Origin: Eledone cirrhosa
Lineage: Eukaryota
Assembly: GCA_964016885.1 (NCBI GenBank)
Contig: OZ024741.1
Location: forward strand, 20,770,001-20,834,000
Direction of reading: 5' to 3'
Length of the DNA stretch: 64,000 bases
In this document: positions 1 to 14,430 of the stretch, piece by piece
How positions within the stretch are numbered: position 1 is the stretch's first letter
Layout of the letters: every line of letters begins with the position of its first letter
Notes under the pieces: model-generated
What the model was told of the DNA's origin: nothing
Databases searched by the model: none
What the model saw: the letters and a program-made list of their open reading frames with translations, nothing else
Program-made: the position numbers and the translations under genes

Positions 1-3000
1 AAGACCAGCTAAGACAACCAATTAGATGGTGGAACTTGGGGAGTGAAGACCAGCTAAGACAACCAATTAGATGGTGGAACTTGGAGAGTGAAGACCAGCT
101 AAGACAACCAATTAGATGGAGGAACTTGGAGAGTGAAGACCAGCTAAGACAACCAATTAGATGGTGGAACTTGGGGAGTGAAGACCAGCTAAGACAACAA
201 ATTAGATGGTGGAACTTGGAGAGTGAAGACCAGCTAAGACAACCAATTAGATGGTGGAACTTACAGGGTGAAGACCAGCTAAGACAACCAATTAGATGGA
301 GGAACTTGGAGAGTGAAGACCAGCTAAGACAACCAATTAGATGGTGGAACTTGGGGAGTGAAGACCAGCTAAGACAACCAATTAGATGGTGGAACTTGGG
401 GAGTGAAGACCAGCTAAGACAACCAATTAGATGGTGGAACTTGGGGAGTGAAGACCAGCTAAGACAACCAATTAGATGGTGGAACTTGGGGACTGAAGAC
501 CAGCTAAGACAACCAATTAGATGGTGGAACTTGGGGACTGAAGACCAGCTAAGACAACCAATTAGATGGTGGAATTTGTGGAGTGACGACCAGCTAAGAC
601 AACCAATTAGATGGTGGAACTTGGGGACTGAAGACCAGCTAAGACAACCAATTAGATGGTGTAAATTGGGAGTGAAGACCAGCTAAGACAACCAATTAGA
701 TGGTGGAACTTGGGGACTGAAGACCAGCTAAGACAATCAATTAGATGGTGGAACTTGGGGACTGAAGACCAGCTAAGACAATCAATTAGATGGTGGAACT
801 TGGGGAGTGAAGACCAGCTAAGACAATCAATTAGATGGTGGAACTTGGGGAATGAAGACCAGCTAAGACAATCAATTAGATGGTGGAACTTGGGGAGTGA
901 CGACCAGCTAAGACAACCAAATAGATCGTGGAACCTGGGGACTGAAGTCCAGTTAAGACAACCAATTAGATGGTGGAGCCTGGAGAGTGAAGACCAGATA
1001 AGACAACCAATTAGATGGTGGAACTTGGAGAGTGAAGACCAGATAAGACAGCCAATTAGATGGTGGAACTTGGGGTGTGGAGACCAGCTAAGACAACCAA
1101 TTAGATGGTGGAACTTGGGAGTGAAGACCAGCTAAGACAACCAATTAGATGGTGGAATTGGGGAATGAAGACCAGCTAAGACAACCAATTAGATGGTGGA
1201 ACTTGGGGAGTGAAGACCAGCTAAGACAACAAATTAGATGGTGGAACTTACAGGGTGAAGACCAGCTAAGACAACCAATTAGATGATGGAACTTGGGGAG
1301 AGAAGACCAGCTAAGACAACCAATTAGATGGTGGAACTTGGAGAGAGAAGACCAGCTAAGAAAATTAATTACATGGTGGAACTTGGAGAGTGAAGACCAG
1401 CTAAGAGAACCAATTAGATGGTGGAACGTGTGGACTGAAGACCAGCTAAGACAACCAATAAGATGGTGGAACTTGGGGAGTGAAGACCAGCTGAGACAAC
1501 CAATTAGATTGTGGAACTTGGGGAGTGAAGACCAGCTAAGATAACCCATTAGATGGTGGAACTTGGGGAGTGAAGACCAGCTGAGACAACCAATTAGATT
1601 GTGGAACTTGGGGAGTGACGACCAGCTAAGACAACCAATTAGATCGTGGAACTTGGGGACTGAAGTCCAGTTAAGACAACCAATTAGATGGTGGAGCCTG
1701 GAGAGTGAAGACCAGCTAAGACAACCAATTAGATGGTGGAACTTGGGGTGTGGAGACCAGCTAAGACAACCAATTAGATGGTGGAACTTGGGAGTGAAGA
1801 CCAGCTAAGACAACCAATTAGATGGTGGAATTGGGGAATGAAGACCAGCTAAGACAACCAATTAGATGGTGGAACTTGGGGAGTGAAGACCAGCTAAGAA
1901 AACCAATTAGATGGTGGAACTTGGGGACTGAAGACCAACTAAGACAACCAATTAGATGGTGGAACTTGGGGACTGAAGACCAGCTAAGACAACCAATTAG
2001 ATGGTGGAACTTGGGGAGTGAAGACCAGCTAAGACAACCAATTAGATGGTGGAACTTGGGGAGTGAAGACCAGCTAAGACAACCAGTTAGATGGTGGAAC
2101 TTGGGGACTGAAGTCCAGTTAAGACAACCAATTAGATGGTGGAACTTGGGGACTGAAGACCAGCTAAGACAACCAATTAGATGGTGGAACTTGGGGACTG
2201 AAGACCAGCTAAGACAACCAATTAGATGGTGGAACTTGGGGAGTGAAGACCAGCTGAGACAACCAATTAGATGGTGGAACTTGGAGAGTGAAGACCAGAT
2301 AAGACAACCAATTAAATGGTGGAACTTGGGGACTGAAGACCAGCTAAGACAACCAATTAGATGGTGGAACTTGGGGAGTGAAGACCAGCTAAGACAACCA
2401 ATTAGATGGTGAAACTTGGGGACTGAAGTCCAGTTAAGACAACCAATTAGATGGTGGAGCCTGGAGAGTGAAGGCCAGCTAAGACAAACAATTAGATGGT
2501 GGAACTTGGGGTGTGGAGACCAGCTAAGACAATCAATTAGATGGTGGAACTTGGGAGTGAAGACCAGCTAAGACAACCAATTAGATGGTGGAACTTGGGG
2601 AGTGAAGACCAGCTAAGAGAACGAATTAGATGGAGGAACTTGGAGAGTGAAGACCAGCTAAGACAACCAATTAGATGGTGGAACTTGGAGAGTGAAGACC
2701 AGCTAAGACAACCAATTAGATGGTGGAACTTGGAGAGTGAAGACCAGCTAAGAGAACGAATTAGATGGAGGAACTTGGAGAGTGAAGACCAGCTAAGACA
2801 ACCAATTAGATGGTGGAACTTGGGAGTGAAGACCATCTAAGACAACCAATTAGATGGTGGAATTGGGGAATGAAGACCAGCTAAGACAACCAATTAGATG
2901 GTGGAACTTGCGGAGTGAAGACCAGCTAAGAAAACCAATTAGATGGTGGAACTTGGGGACTGAAGACCAGCTAAGACAACCAATTAGATGGTGGAACTTG

Positions 3001-6000
3001 GGGACTGAAGACCAGCTAAGACAACCAATTAGATGGTGGAACTTGGGGAGTGACGACCAGCTAAGACAACCAAATAGATCGTGGAACTTGGGGACTGAAG
3101 TCCAGTTAAGACAACCAATTAGATGGTGGAGCCTGGAGAGTGAAGACCAGCTAAGACAGCCAATTAGATGGTGGAACTTGGGGTGTGGAGACCAGCTAAG
3201 ACAACCAATTAGATGGTGGAACTTGGGAGTGAAGACCAGCTAAGACAACCAATTAGATGGTGGAATTGGGGAATGAAGACCAGCTAAGACAACCAATTAG
3301 ATGGTGGAACTTGGGGAGTGAAGACCAGCTAAGACAACAAATTAGATGGTGGAGCCTGGAGAGTGAAGACCAGCTAAGACAACCAATTAGATGGTGGAAC
3401 TTGGGGAGTGAAGACGAGCTAAGACAACCAATTAGATGGTGGAACTTGGGGAGTGAAGACCAGCTAAGACAACCAATTAGATGGTGGAACTTGGAGAGTG
3501 AAGACCAGCTAAGACAACTAATTAGATGGTGGAACTTGGGGAGTGAAGACGAGCTAAGACAACCAATTAGATGGTGGAACTTGGAGAGTGAAGACCAGCT
3601 AAGACAACCAATTAGATGGTGGAACTTGGGGAGTGAAGACGAGCTAAGACAACCAATTAGATGGTGGAACTTGGAGAGTGAAGACCAGCTAAGACAACCA
3701 ATTAGATGGTGGAACTTGGAGAGTGAAGACCAGCTAAGACAACCAATTAGATGGTGGAACTTGGGGAGTGAAGACCAGCTAAGACAACCAATTAGATGGT
3801 GGAACTTGGAGAGTGAAGACCAGCTAAGACAACCAATTAGATGGTGGAACTTGGGGAGTGAAGACCAGCTAAGACAACCAATTAGATGGTGGAACTTGGG
3901 GACTGAAGACCAGCTAAGACAACCAATTAGATGGTGGAACTTGGGGAGTGAAGACCAGCTAAGACAACCAATTAGATGGTGGAACTTGGAGAGTGAAGAC
4001 CAGCTAAGACAACCAATTAGATGGTGGAACTTGGGGAGTGAAGACCAGCTAAGACAACCAATTAGATGGTGGAACTTGGGGACTGAAGACCAGCTAAGAC
4101 AACCAATTAGATGGTGGAACTTGGGGAGTGAAGACCAGCTAAGACAACCAATTAGATGGTGGAACTTGGGGAGTGAAGACCAGCTAAGACAACCAATTAG
4201 ATGGTGGAACTTGGGGACTGAAGACCAGCTAAGACAACCAATTAGATGGTGGAACTTGGTGAGTGAAGACCAGCTAAGACAACCAATTAGATGGTGGAAC
4301 TTGGGGAGTGAAGACCAGCTAAGACAACCAATTAGATGGTGGAACTTGGGGACTGAAGACCAGCTAAGACAACCAATTAGATGGTGGAACTTGGGGAGTG
4401 AAGACCAGCTAAGACAACCAATTAGAATGTGGAACTTGGGGAGTGAAGACCAGCTAAGAGAACCAATTAGATGGTGGAACTTGGGAGTGAAGACCAGCTA
4501 AGACAACCAATTAGATGGTGGAACTTGGAGAGTGAAGAGCAGCTAAGACAACCAATTAGAATGTGGAACTTGGGGAGTGAAGACCAGCTAAGAGAACCAA
4601 TTAGATGGTGGAACTTGGGGACTGAAGACCAGCTAAGACAACCAATTAGATGGTGGAACTTGGGGAGTGAAGACCAGCTAAGACAACCAATTAGATGGTG
4701 GAACTTGGGGAGTGAAGACCAGCTAAGACAACCAATTAGATGGTGGAACTTGGAGAGTGAAGACCAGCTAAGACAACCAATTAGATGGTGGAACTTGGGG
4801 AGTGAAGACCAGCTAAGACAACCAATTAGAATGTGGAACTTGGGGAGTGAAGACCAGCTAAGAGAACCAATTAGATGGTGGAACTTGGGGAGTGAAGACC
4901 AGCTAAGAGAACCAATTAGATGGTGGAACTTGGGGAGTGAAGACCAGCTAATACAACCAATTAGATGGTGGAACTTGGGGAGTGAAGACCAGCTAAGACA
5001 ACCAATTAGATGGTGGAACTTGGGGACTGAAGACCAGCTAAGACAACCAATTAGAATGTGGAACTTGGGGAGTGAAGACGAGCTAAGAGAACCAATTAGA
5101 TGGTGGAACTTGGGGAGTGAAGACCAGCTAAGACAACCAATTAGATGGTGGAACTTGGGGAGTGAAGACCAGCTAAGACAACCAATTAGAATGTGGAACT
5201 TGGGGAGTGAAGACCAGCTAAGAGAACCAATTAGATGGTGGAACTTGGGAGTGAAGACCAGCTAAGACAACCAATTAGATGGTGGAACTTGGGGAGTGAA
5301 GACCAGCTAAGACAACCAATTAGAATGTGGAACTTGGGGAGTGAAGACCAGCTAAGAGAACCAATTAGATGGTGGAACTTGGGGACTGAAGACCAGCTAA
5401 GACAACCAATTAGATGGTGGAACTTGGGGAGTGAAGACCAGCTAAGACAACCAATTAGATGGTGGAACTTGGGGAGTGAAGACCAGCTAAGACAACCAAT
5501 TAGATGGTGGAACTTGGAGAGTAAAGACCAGCTAAGACAACCAATTAGATGGTGGAACTTGGGGAGTGAAGACCAGCTAAGACAACCAATTAGAATGTGG
5601 AACTTGGGGAGTGAAGACCAGCTAAGACAACCAATTAGATGGTGGAACTTGGGGAGTGAAGACCAGCTAAGACAACCAATTAGAATGTGGAACTTGGGGA
5701 GTGAAGACCAGCTAAGAGAACCAATTAGATGGTGGAACTTGGGGACTGAAGACCAGCTAAGACAACCAATTAGATGGTGGAACTTGGGGAGTGAAGACCA
5801 GCTAAGACAACCAATTAGATGGTGGAACTTGGGGAGTGAAGACCAGCTAAGACAACCAATTAGATGGTGGAACTTGGAGAGTGAAGACCAGCTAAGACAA
5901 CCAATTAGATGGTGGAACTTGGGAGTGAAGACCAGCTAAGACAACCAATTAGATGGTGGAACTTGGGGAGTGAAGACCAGCTAAGACAACCAATTAGAAT

Positions 6001-9000
6001 GTGGAACTTGGGGAGTGAAGACCAGCTAAGACAACCAATTAGATGGTGGAACTTGGGGACTGAAGACCAGCTAAGACAACCAATTAGATGGTGGAACTTG
6101 GGGAGTGAAGACCAGCTAAGACAACCAATTAGATGGTGGAACTTGGGGAGTGAAGACCAGCTAAGACAACCAATTAGATGGTGGAACTTGGGGAGTGAAG
6201 ACCAGCTAAGACAACCAATTAGAATGTGGAACTTGGGGAGTGAAGACCAGCTAAGAGAACCAATTAGATGGTGGAACTTGGGAGTGAAGACCAGCTAAGA
6301 CAACCAATTAGATGATGGAATTGGGGAATGAAGACCAGCTAAGACAACCAATTAGAATGTGGAACTTGGGGAGTGAAGACCAGCTAAGAGAACCAATTAG
6401 ATGGTGGAACTTGGGGAGTGAAGACCAGCTGAGACAACCAATTAGATGGTGGAACTTGGGGACTGAAGACCAGCTAAGACAACCAATTAGATGGTGGAAC
6501 TTGGGGAGTGAAGACCAGCTGAGGCAACCAATTAGATGGTGGAACTTAGGAGTGAAGACCAGATAAGACAACCAATTAGATGATGGAATTGGGGAATGAA
6601 GACCAGCTAAGACAACCAATTAGAATGTGGAACTTGGGGAGTGAAGACCAGCTAAGAGAACCAATTAGATGGTGGAACTTGGGGAGTGAAGACCAGCTGA
6701 GACAACCAATTAGATGGTGGAACTTGGGGACTGAAGACCAGCTAAGACAACCAATTAGATGGTGGAACTTGGGGAGTGAAGACCAGCTGAGACAACCAAT
6801 TAGATGGTGGAACTTGGAGAGTGAAGACCAGATAAGACAACCAATTAGATGGTGGAACATGGAGAGTGAAGACCAGATAAGACAACCAATTAGATGGTGG
6901 AACTTGGGGACTGAAGACCAGCTAAGGCAACCAATTAGATGGTCGAACTTGGAGAGTGAAGACCAGATAAGACAACCAATTAGATGGTGGAACTTGGGGA
7001 CTGAAGACCAGCTAAGACAACCAATTAGATGGTGGAACTTGGGGAGTGAAGACCAGCTAAGACAACCAATTAGATGGTGGAACTTGGGGACTGAAGTCCA
7101 GTTAAGACAACAAATTAGATGGTGAAGCCTGGAGAGTGAAGGCCAGCTAAGACAAACAATTAGATGGTGGAACTTGGGGTGTGGAGACCAGCTAAGACAA
7201 CCAATTAGATGGTGGAACTTGGGAGTGAAGACCAGCTAAGACAACCAATTAGATGGTGGAATTGGGGAATGAAGACCAGCTAAGACAACCAATTAGATGG
7301 TGGAACTTGGGGAGTGAAGACCAGCTAAGACAACCAATTAGATGGTGGAACTTGGAGAGTGAAGACCAGCTAAGAGAACGAATTAGATGGAGGAACTTGG
7401 AGAGTGAAGACCAGCTAAGACAACCAATTAGATGGTGGAACTTGGGGAGTGAAGACCAGCTAAGACAACCAATTAGATGGTGGAACTTACAGGGTGAAGA
7501 CCAGCTAAGACAACCAATTAGATGATGGAACTTGGAGAGTGAAGACCAGCTAAGACAACCAATTAGATGGTGGAACTTGGGGACTGAAGACCAGCTAAGA
7601 CAACCAATTAGATGGTGGAACTTGGGAGTGAAGACCAGCTAAGACAACCAATTAGATGGTGGAATTGGGGAATGAAGACCAGCTAAGACAACCAATTAGA
7701 TGGTGGAACTTGCGGAGTGAAGACCAGCTAAGAAAACCAATTAGATGGTGGAACTTGGGGACTGAAGACCAGCTAAGACAACCAATTAGATGGTGGAACT
7801 TGGGGACTGAAGACCAGCTAAGACAACCAATTAGATGGTGGAACTTGGGGAGTGACGACCAGCTAAGACAACCAAATAGATCGTGGAACTTGGGGACTGA
7901 AGTCCAGTTAAGACAACCAATTAGATGGTGGAGCCTGGAGAGTGGAGACCAGCTAAGACAGCCAATTAGATGGTGGAACTTGGGGTGTGGAGACCAGCTA
8001 AGACAACCAATTAGATGGTGGAATTGGGGAATGAAGACCAGCTAAGACAACCAATTAGATGGTGGAACTTGGGGAGTGAAGACCAGCTAAGACAACAAAT
8101 TAGATGGTGGAACTTGGGGACTGAAGACCAGCTAAGACAACCAATTAGATGGTGGAGCCTGGAGAGTGAAGACCAGCTAAGACAACCAATTAGATGGTGG
8201 AACTTGGGGAGTGAAGACCAGCTAAGACAACCAATTAGATGGTGGAACTTGGGGAGTGAAGACCAGCTAAGACAACCAATTAGATGGTGGAACTTGGAGA
8301 GTGAAGACCAGCTAAGACAACCAATTAGATGGTGGAACTTGGGGAGTGAAGACCAGCTAAGACAACCAATTAGATGGTGGAACTTGGGGAGTGAAGACCA
8401 GCTAAGACAACCAATTAGATGGTGGAACTTGGGGAGTGAAGACCAGCTAAGACAACCAATTAGATGGTGGAACTTGGGGACTGAAGACCAGCTAAGACAA
8501 CCAATTAGATGGTGGAACTTGGGGAGTGAAGACCAGCTAAGACAACCAATTAGATGGTGGAACTTGGGGAGTGAAGACCAGCTAAGACAACCAATTAGAT
8601 GGTGGAACTTGGGGACTGAAGACCAGCTAAGACAACCAATTAGATGGTGGAACTTGGGGAGTGAAGACCAGCTAAGACAACCAATTAGATGGTGGAACTT
8701 GGGGAGTGAAGACCAGCTAAGACAACCAATTAGATGGTGGAACTTGGGGACTGAAGACCAGCTAAGACAACCAATTAGATGGTGGAACTTGGGGAGTGAA
8801 GACCAGCTAAGACAACCAATTAGAATGTGGAACTTGGGGAGTGAAGACCAGCTAAGAGAACCAATTAGATGGTGGAACTTGGGAGTGAAGACCAGCTAAG
8901 ACAACCAATTAGAATGTGGAACTTGGGGAGTGAAGACCAGCTAAGAGAACCAATTAGATGGTGGAACTTGGGGACTGAAGACCAGCTAAGACAACCAATT

Positions 9001-12000
9001 AGATGGTGGAACTTGGGGAGTGAAGACCAGCTAAGACAACCAATTAGATGGTGGAACTTGGGGAGTGAAGACCAGCTAAGACAACCAATTAGATGGTGGA
9101 ACTTGGAGAGTGAAGACCAGCTAAGACAACCAATTAGATGGTGGAACTTGGGGAGTGAAGACCAGCTAAGACAACCAATTAGAATGTGGAACTTGGGGAG
9201 TGAAGACCAGCTAAGAGAACCAATTAGATGGTGGAACTTGGGGAGTGAAGACCAGCTAAGAGAACCAGTTAGATGGTGGAACTTGGGGACTGAAGTACAG
9301 TTAAGACAACCAATTAGATGGTGGAACTTGGGGAGTGAAGACCAGCTAAGACAACCAATTACATGGTGGAACTTGGAGAGTGAAGACCAGCTAAGACAAC
9401 CAATTAGATGGTGGAACTTGGGGAGTGAAGACCAGCTAAGACAACCAATTAGATGGTGGAACTTGGAGAGTGAAGACCAGCTAAGTCAACCAATTAGATG
9501 GTGGAACTTGGGGAGTGAAGACCAGCTAAGACAACCAATTAGATGGTGGAACTTGGGGAGTGAAGACCAGCTAAGACAACCAATTAGATGGTGGAACTTG
9601 GGGAGTGAAGACCAGCTAAGACAACCAATTAGATGGTGGAACTTGGGGACTGAAGACCAGCTAAGACAACCAATTAGATGGTGGAACTTGGGGAGTGAAG
9701 ACCAGCTAAGACAACCAATTAGATGGTGGAACTTGGGGAGTGAAGACCAGCTAAGACAACCAATTAGATGGTGGAACTTGGGGAGTGAAGACCAGCTAAG
9801 ACAACCAATTAGAATGTGGAACTTGGGGAGTGAAGACCAGCTAAGAGAACCAATTAGATGGTGGAACTTGGGAGTGAAGACCAGCTAAGACAACCAATTA
9901 GATGGTGGAACTTGGGGAGTGAAGACCAGCTAAGACAACCAATTAGAATGTGGAACTTGGGGAGTGAAGACCAGCTAAGAGAACCAATTAGATGGTGGAA
10001 CTTGGGGACTGAAGACCAGCTAAGACAACCAATTAGATGGTGGAACTTGGGGAGTGAAGACCAGCTAAGACAACCAATTAGATGGTGGAACTTCGGGAGT
10101 GAAGACCAGCTAAGACAACCAATTAGATGGTGGAACTTGGGGAGTGAAGACCAGCTAAGACAACCAATTAGAATGTGGAACTTGGGGAGTGAAGACCAGC
10201 TAAGAGAACCAATTAGATGGTGGAACTTGGGAGTGAAGACTAGCTAAGACAACCAATTAGATGATGGAATTGGGGAATGAAGACCAGCTAAGACAACCAA
10301 TTAGAATGTGGAACTTGGGGAGTGAAGACCAGCTAAGAGAACCAATTAGATGGTGGAACTTGGGGAGTGAAGACCAGCTAAGACAACCAATTAGATGGTG
10401 GAACTTGGGGAGTGAAGACCAGCTGAGACAACCAATTAGATGGTGGAACTTGGGAGTGAAGACCAGCTAAGACAACCAATTAGATGATGGAATTGGGGAA
10501 TGAAGACCAGCTAAGACAACCAATTAGAATGTGGAACTTGGGGAGTGAAGACCAGCTAAGAGAACCAATTAGATGGTGGAACTTGGGGAGTGAAGACCAG
10601 CTGAGACAACCAATTAGAATGTGGAACTTGGGGAGTGAAGACCAGCTAAGAGAACCAATTAGATGGTGGAACTTGGGGAGTGAAGACCAGCTGAGACAAC
10701 CAATTAGATGGTGGAACTTGGGGAGTGAAGACCAGCTGAGACAACCAATTAGATGGTGGAACTTGGAGAGTGAAGACCAGCTGAGACAACCAATTAGATG
10801 GTGGAACTTGGGAGTGAAGACCAGCTAAGACAACCAATTAGATGGTGGAACTTGGGGAGTGAAGACCAGCTAAACAACCAATTAGAATGTGGAACTTGGG
10901 GAGTGAAGACCAGCTAAGAGAACCAATTAGATGGTGGAACTTGGGGACTGAAGACCAGCTAAGACAACCAATTAGATGGTGGGACTTGGGGAGTGAAGAC
11001 CAGCTAAGACAACCAATTAGATGGTGGAACTTGGGGAGTGAAGACCAGCTAAGACAACCAATTAGATGGTGGAACTTGGGGACTGAAGACCAGCTAAGAC
11101 AACCAATTAGATGGTGGAACGTGGGGAGTGAAGACCAGCTAAGACAACCAATTAGAATGTGGAACTTGGGGAGTGAAGACCAGCTAAGAGAACCAATTAG
11201 ATGGTGGAACTTGGGAGTGAGAACCAGCTAAGACAACCAATTAGATGGTGGAACCTGGGGAGTGAAGACCAGCTAAGACAACCAATTAGAATGTGGAACT
11301 TGGGGAGTGAAGACCAGCTAAGAGAACCAATTAGATGGTGGAACTTGGGGACTGAAGACCAGCTAAGACAACCAATTAGATGGTGGAACTTGGGGAGTGA
11401 AGACCAGCTAAGACAACCAATTAGATGGTGGAACTTGGGGAGTGAAGACCAGCTAAGACAACCAATTAGATGGTGGAACTTGGAGAGTGAAGACCAGCTA
11501 AGACAACCAATTAGATGGTGGAACTTGGGGAGTGAAGACCAGCTAAGACAACCAATTAGAATGTGGAACTTGGGGAGTGAAGACCAGCTAAGAGAACCAA
11601 TTAGATGGTGGAACTTGGGGAGTGAAGACCAGCTAAGAGAACCAGTTAGATGGTGGAACTTGGGGACTGAAGTACAGTTAAGACAACCAATTAGATGGTG
11701 GAACTTGGGGAGTGAAGACCAGCTAAGACAACCAATTACATGGTGGAACTTGGAGAGTGAAGACCAGCTAAGACAACCAATTAGATGGTGGAACTTGGGG
11801 AGTGAAGACCAGCTAAGACAACCAATTAGATGGTGGAACTTGGAGAGTGAAGACCAGCTAAGTCAACCAATTAGATGGTGGAACTTGGGGAGTGAAGACC
11901 AGCTAAGACAACCAATTAGATGGTGGAACTTGGGGAGTGAAGACCAGCTAAGACAACCAATTAGATGGTGGAACTTGGGGAGTGAAGACCAGCTAAGACA

Positions 12001-12637
12001 ACCAATTAGATGGTGGAACTTGGGGACTGAAGACCAGCTAAGACAACCAATTAGATGGTGGAACTTGGGGAGTGAAGACCAGCTAAGACAACCAATTAGA
12101 TGGTGGAACTTGGGGAGTGAAGACCAGCTAAGACAACCAATTAGATGGTGGAACTTGGGGAGTGAAGACCAGCTAAGACAACCAATTAGAATGTGGAACT
12201 TGGGGAGTGAAGACCAGCTAAGAGAACCAATTAGATGGTGGAACTTGGGAGTGAAGACCAGCTAAGACAACCAATTAGATGGTGGAACTTGGGGAGTGAA
12301 GACCAGCTAAGACAACCAATTAGAATGTGGAACTTGGGGAGTGAAGACCAGCTAAGAGAACCAATTAGATGGTGGAACTTGGGGACTGAAGACCAGCTAA
12401 GACAACCAATTAGATGGTGGAACTTGGGGAGTGAAGACCAGCTAAGACAACCAATTAGATGGTGGAACTTCGGGAGTGAAGACCAGCTAAGACAACCAAT
12501 TAGATGGTGGAACTTGGGGAGTGAAGACCAGCTAAGACAACCAATTAGAATGTGGAACTTGGGGAGTGAAGACCAGCTAAGAGAACCAATTAGATGGTGG
12601 AACTTGGGAGTGAAGACTAGCTAAGACAACCAATTAG

Positions 12638-13173
12638 ATGATGGAATTGGGGAATGAAGACCAGCTAAGACAACCAATTAGAATGTGGAACTTGGGGAGT
12701 GAAGACCAGCTAAGAGAACCAATTAGATGGTGGAACTTGGGGAGTGAAGACCAGCTGAGACAACCAATTAGATGGTGGAACTTGGGGACTGAAGACCAGC
12801 TAAGACAACCAATTAGATGGTGGAACTTGGGGAGTGAAGACCAGCTGAGACAACCAATTAGATGGTGGAACTTGGGAGTGAAGACCAGCTAAGACAACCA
12901 ATTAGATGATGGAATTGGGGAATGAAGACCAGCTAAGACAACCAATTAGAATGTGGAACTTGGGGAGTGAAGACCAGCTAAGAGAACCAATTAGATGGTG
13001 GAACTTGGGGAGTGAAGACCAGCTGAGACAACCAATTAGATGGTGGAACTTGGGGACTGAAGACCAGCTAAGACAACCAATTAGATGGTGGAACTTGGGG
13101 AGTGAAGACCAGCTAAGACAACCAATTAGATGGTGGAACTTGGGAGTGAAGACCAGCTAAGACAACCAATTAG
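12638..13173 (+). repeat. 268-bp 6-mer sub-repeat (4x45 + 2x44), two tandem copies
   Basis: The marker GATGATGGAATTGGGGAATG recurs 268 bp apart (12,638/12,906). The same spacing occurs at 6,312/6,580 and 17,437/17,705, and a 223-bp 5-mer version occurs at 10,261/10,484, 38,257/38,480 and 43,238/43,461. Confidence 0.85.
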
Positions 13174-14430
13174 ATGGTGGAACTTGGGGAGTGAAGACCA
13201 GCTAAACAACCAATTAGAATGTGGAACTTGGGGAGTGAAGACCAGCTAAGAGAACCAATTAGATGGTGGAACTTGGGGACTGAAGACCAGCTAAGACAAC
13301 CAATTAGATGGTGGGACTTGGGGAGTGAAGACCAGCGAAGACAACCAATTAGATGGTGGAACTTGGGGAGTGAAGACCAGCTAAGACAACCAATTAGATG
13401 GTGGAACTTGGAGAGTGAAGACCAGCTAAGACAACCAATTAGATGGTGGAACTTGGGGAGTGAAGACCAGCTAAGACAACCAATTAGATGGTGGAACTTG
13501 GAGAGTGAAGACCAGCTAAGTCAACCAATTAGATGGTGGAACTTGGGGAGTGAAGACCAGCTAAGACAACCAATTAGATGGTGGAACTTGGGGAGTGAAG
13601 ACCAGCTAAGACAACCAATTAGATGGTGGAACTTGGGGAGTGAAGACCAGCTAAGACAACCAATCAGATGGTGGAACTTGGGGACTGAAGACCAGCTAAG
13701 ACAACCAATTAGATGGTGGAACTTGGGGAGTGAAGACCAGCTAAGACAACCAATTAGATGGTGGAACTTGGGGAGTGAAGACCAGCTAAGACAACCAATT
13801 AGATGGTGGAACTTGGGGAGTGAAGACCAGCTAAGACAACCAATTAGATGGTGGAACTTGGGGAGTGAAGACCAGCTAAGACAACCAATTAGAATGTGGA
13901 ACTTGGGGAGTGAAGACCAGCTAAGACAACCAATTAGATGGTGGAACTTGGGGAGTGAAGACCAGCTGAGACAACCAATTAGATGGTGGAACTTGGGGAG
14001 TGAAGACCAGCTCAGACAACCAATTAGATGGTGCAACTTCGGGAGTGAAGACCAGCTAAGACAACCAATTAGATGGTGGAACTTGGGGAGTGAAGACCAG
14101 CTAAGACAACCAATTAGAATGTGGAACTTGGGGAGTGAAGACCAGCTAAGAGAACCAATTAGATGGTGGAACTTGGGAGTGAAGACCAGCTAAGACAACC
14201 AATTAGATGATGGAATTGGGGAATGAAGACCAGCTAAGTCAACCAATTAGAATGTGGAACTTGGGGAGTGAAGACCAGCTAAGAGAACCAATTAGATGGT
14301 GGAACTTGGGGAGTGAAGACCAGCTGAGACAACCAATTAGATGGTGGAACTTGGGGACTGAAGACCAGCTAAGGCAACCAATTAGATGGTGGAACTTGGG
14401 GAGTGAAGACCAGCTGAGACAACCAATTAG

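Noticed and set aside
28-45. G-quadruplex or telomeric repeat (GGTGGAACTTGGGGAG)
   Set aside because: There is only one run of three or more G per 45 bp, which does not fit the canonical four-tract pattern, and the G run is often broken by variants. No TTAGGG or TTTAGGG arrays are present; TTAGGG occurs only as isolated variants (~58,903 and 62,898).
1-45. Mammalian CENP-B box or assignment to a named satellite family
   Set aside because: The consensus lacks the TTCG...CGGG core (it has no CpG at all), and I do not recognise the sequence well enough to name it without a database search.
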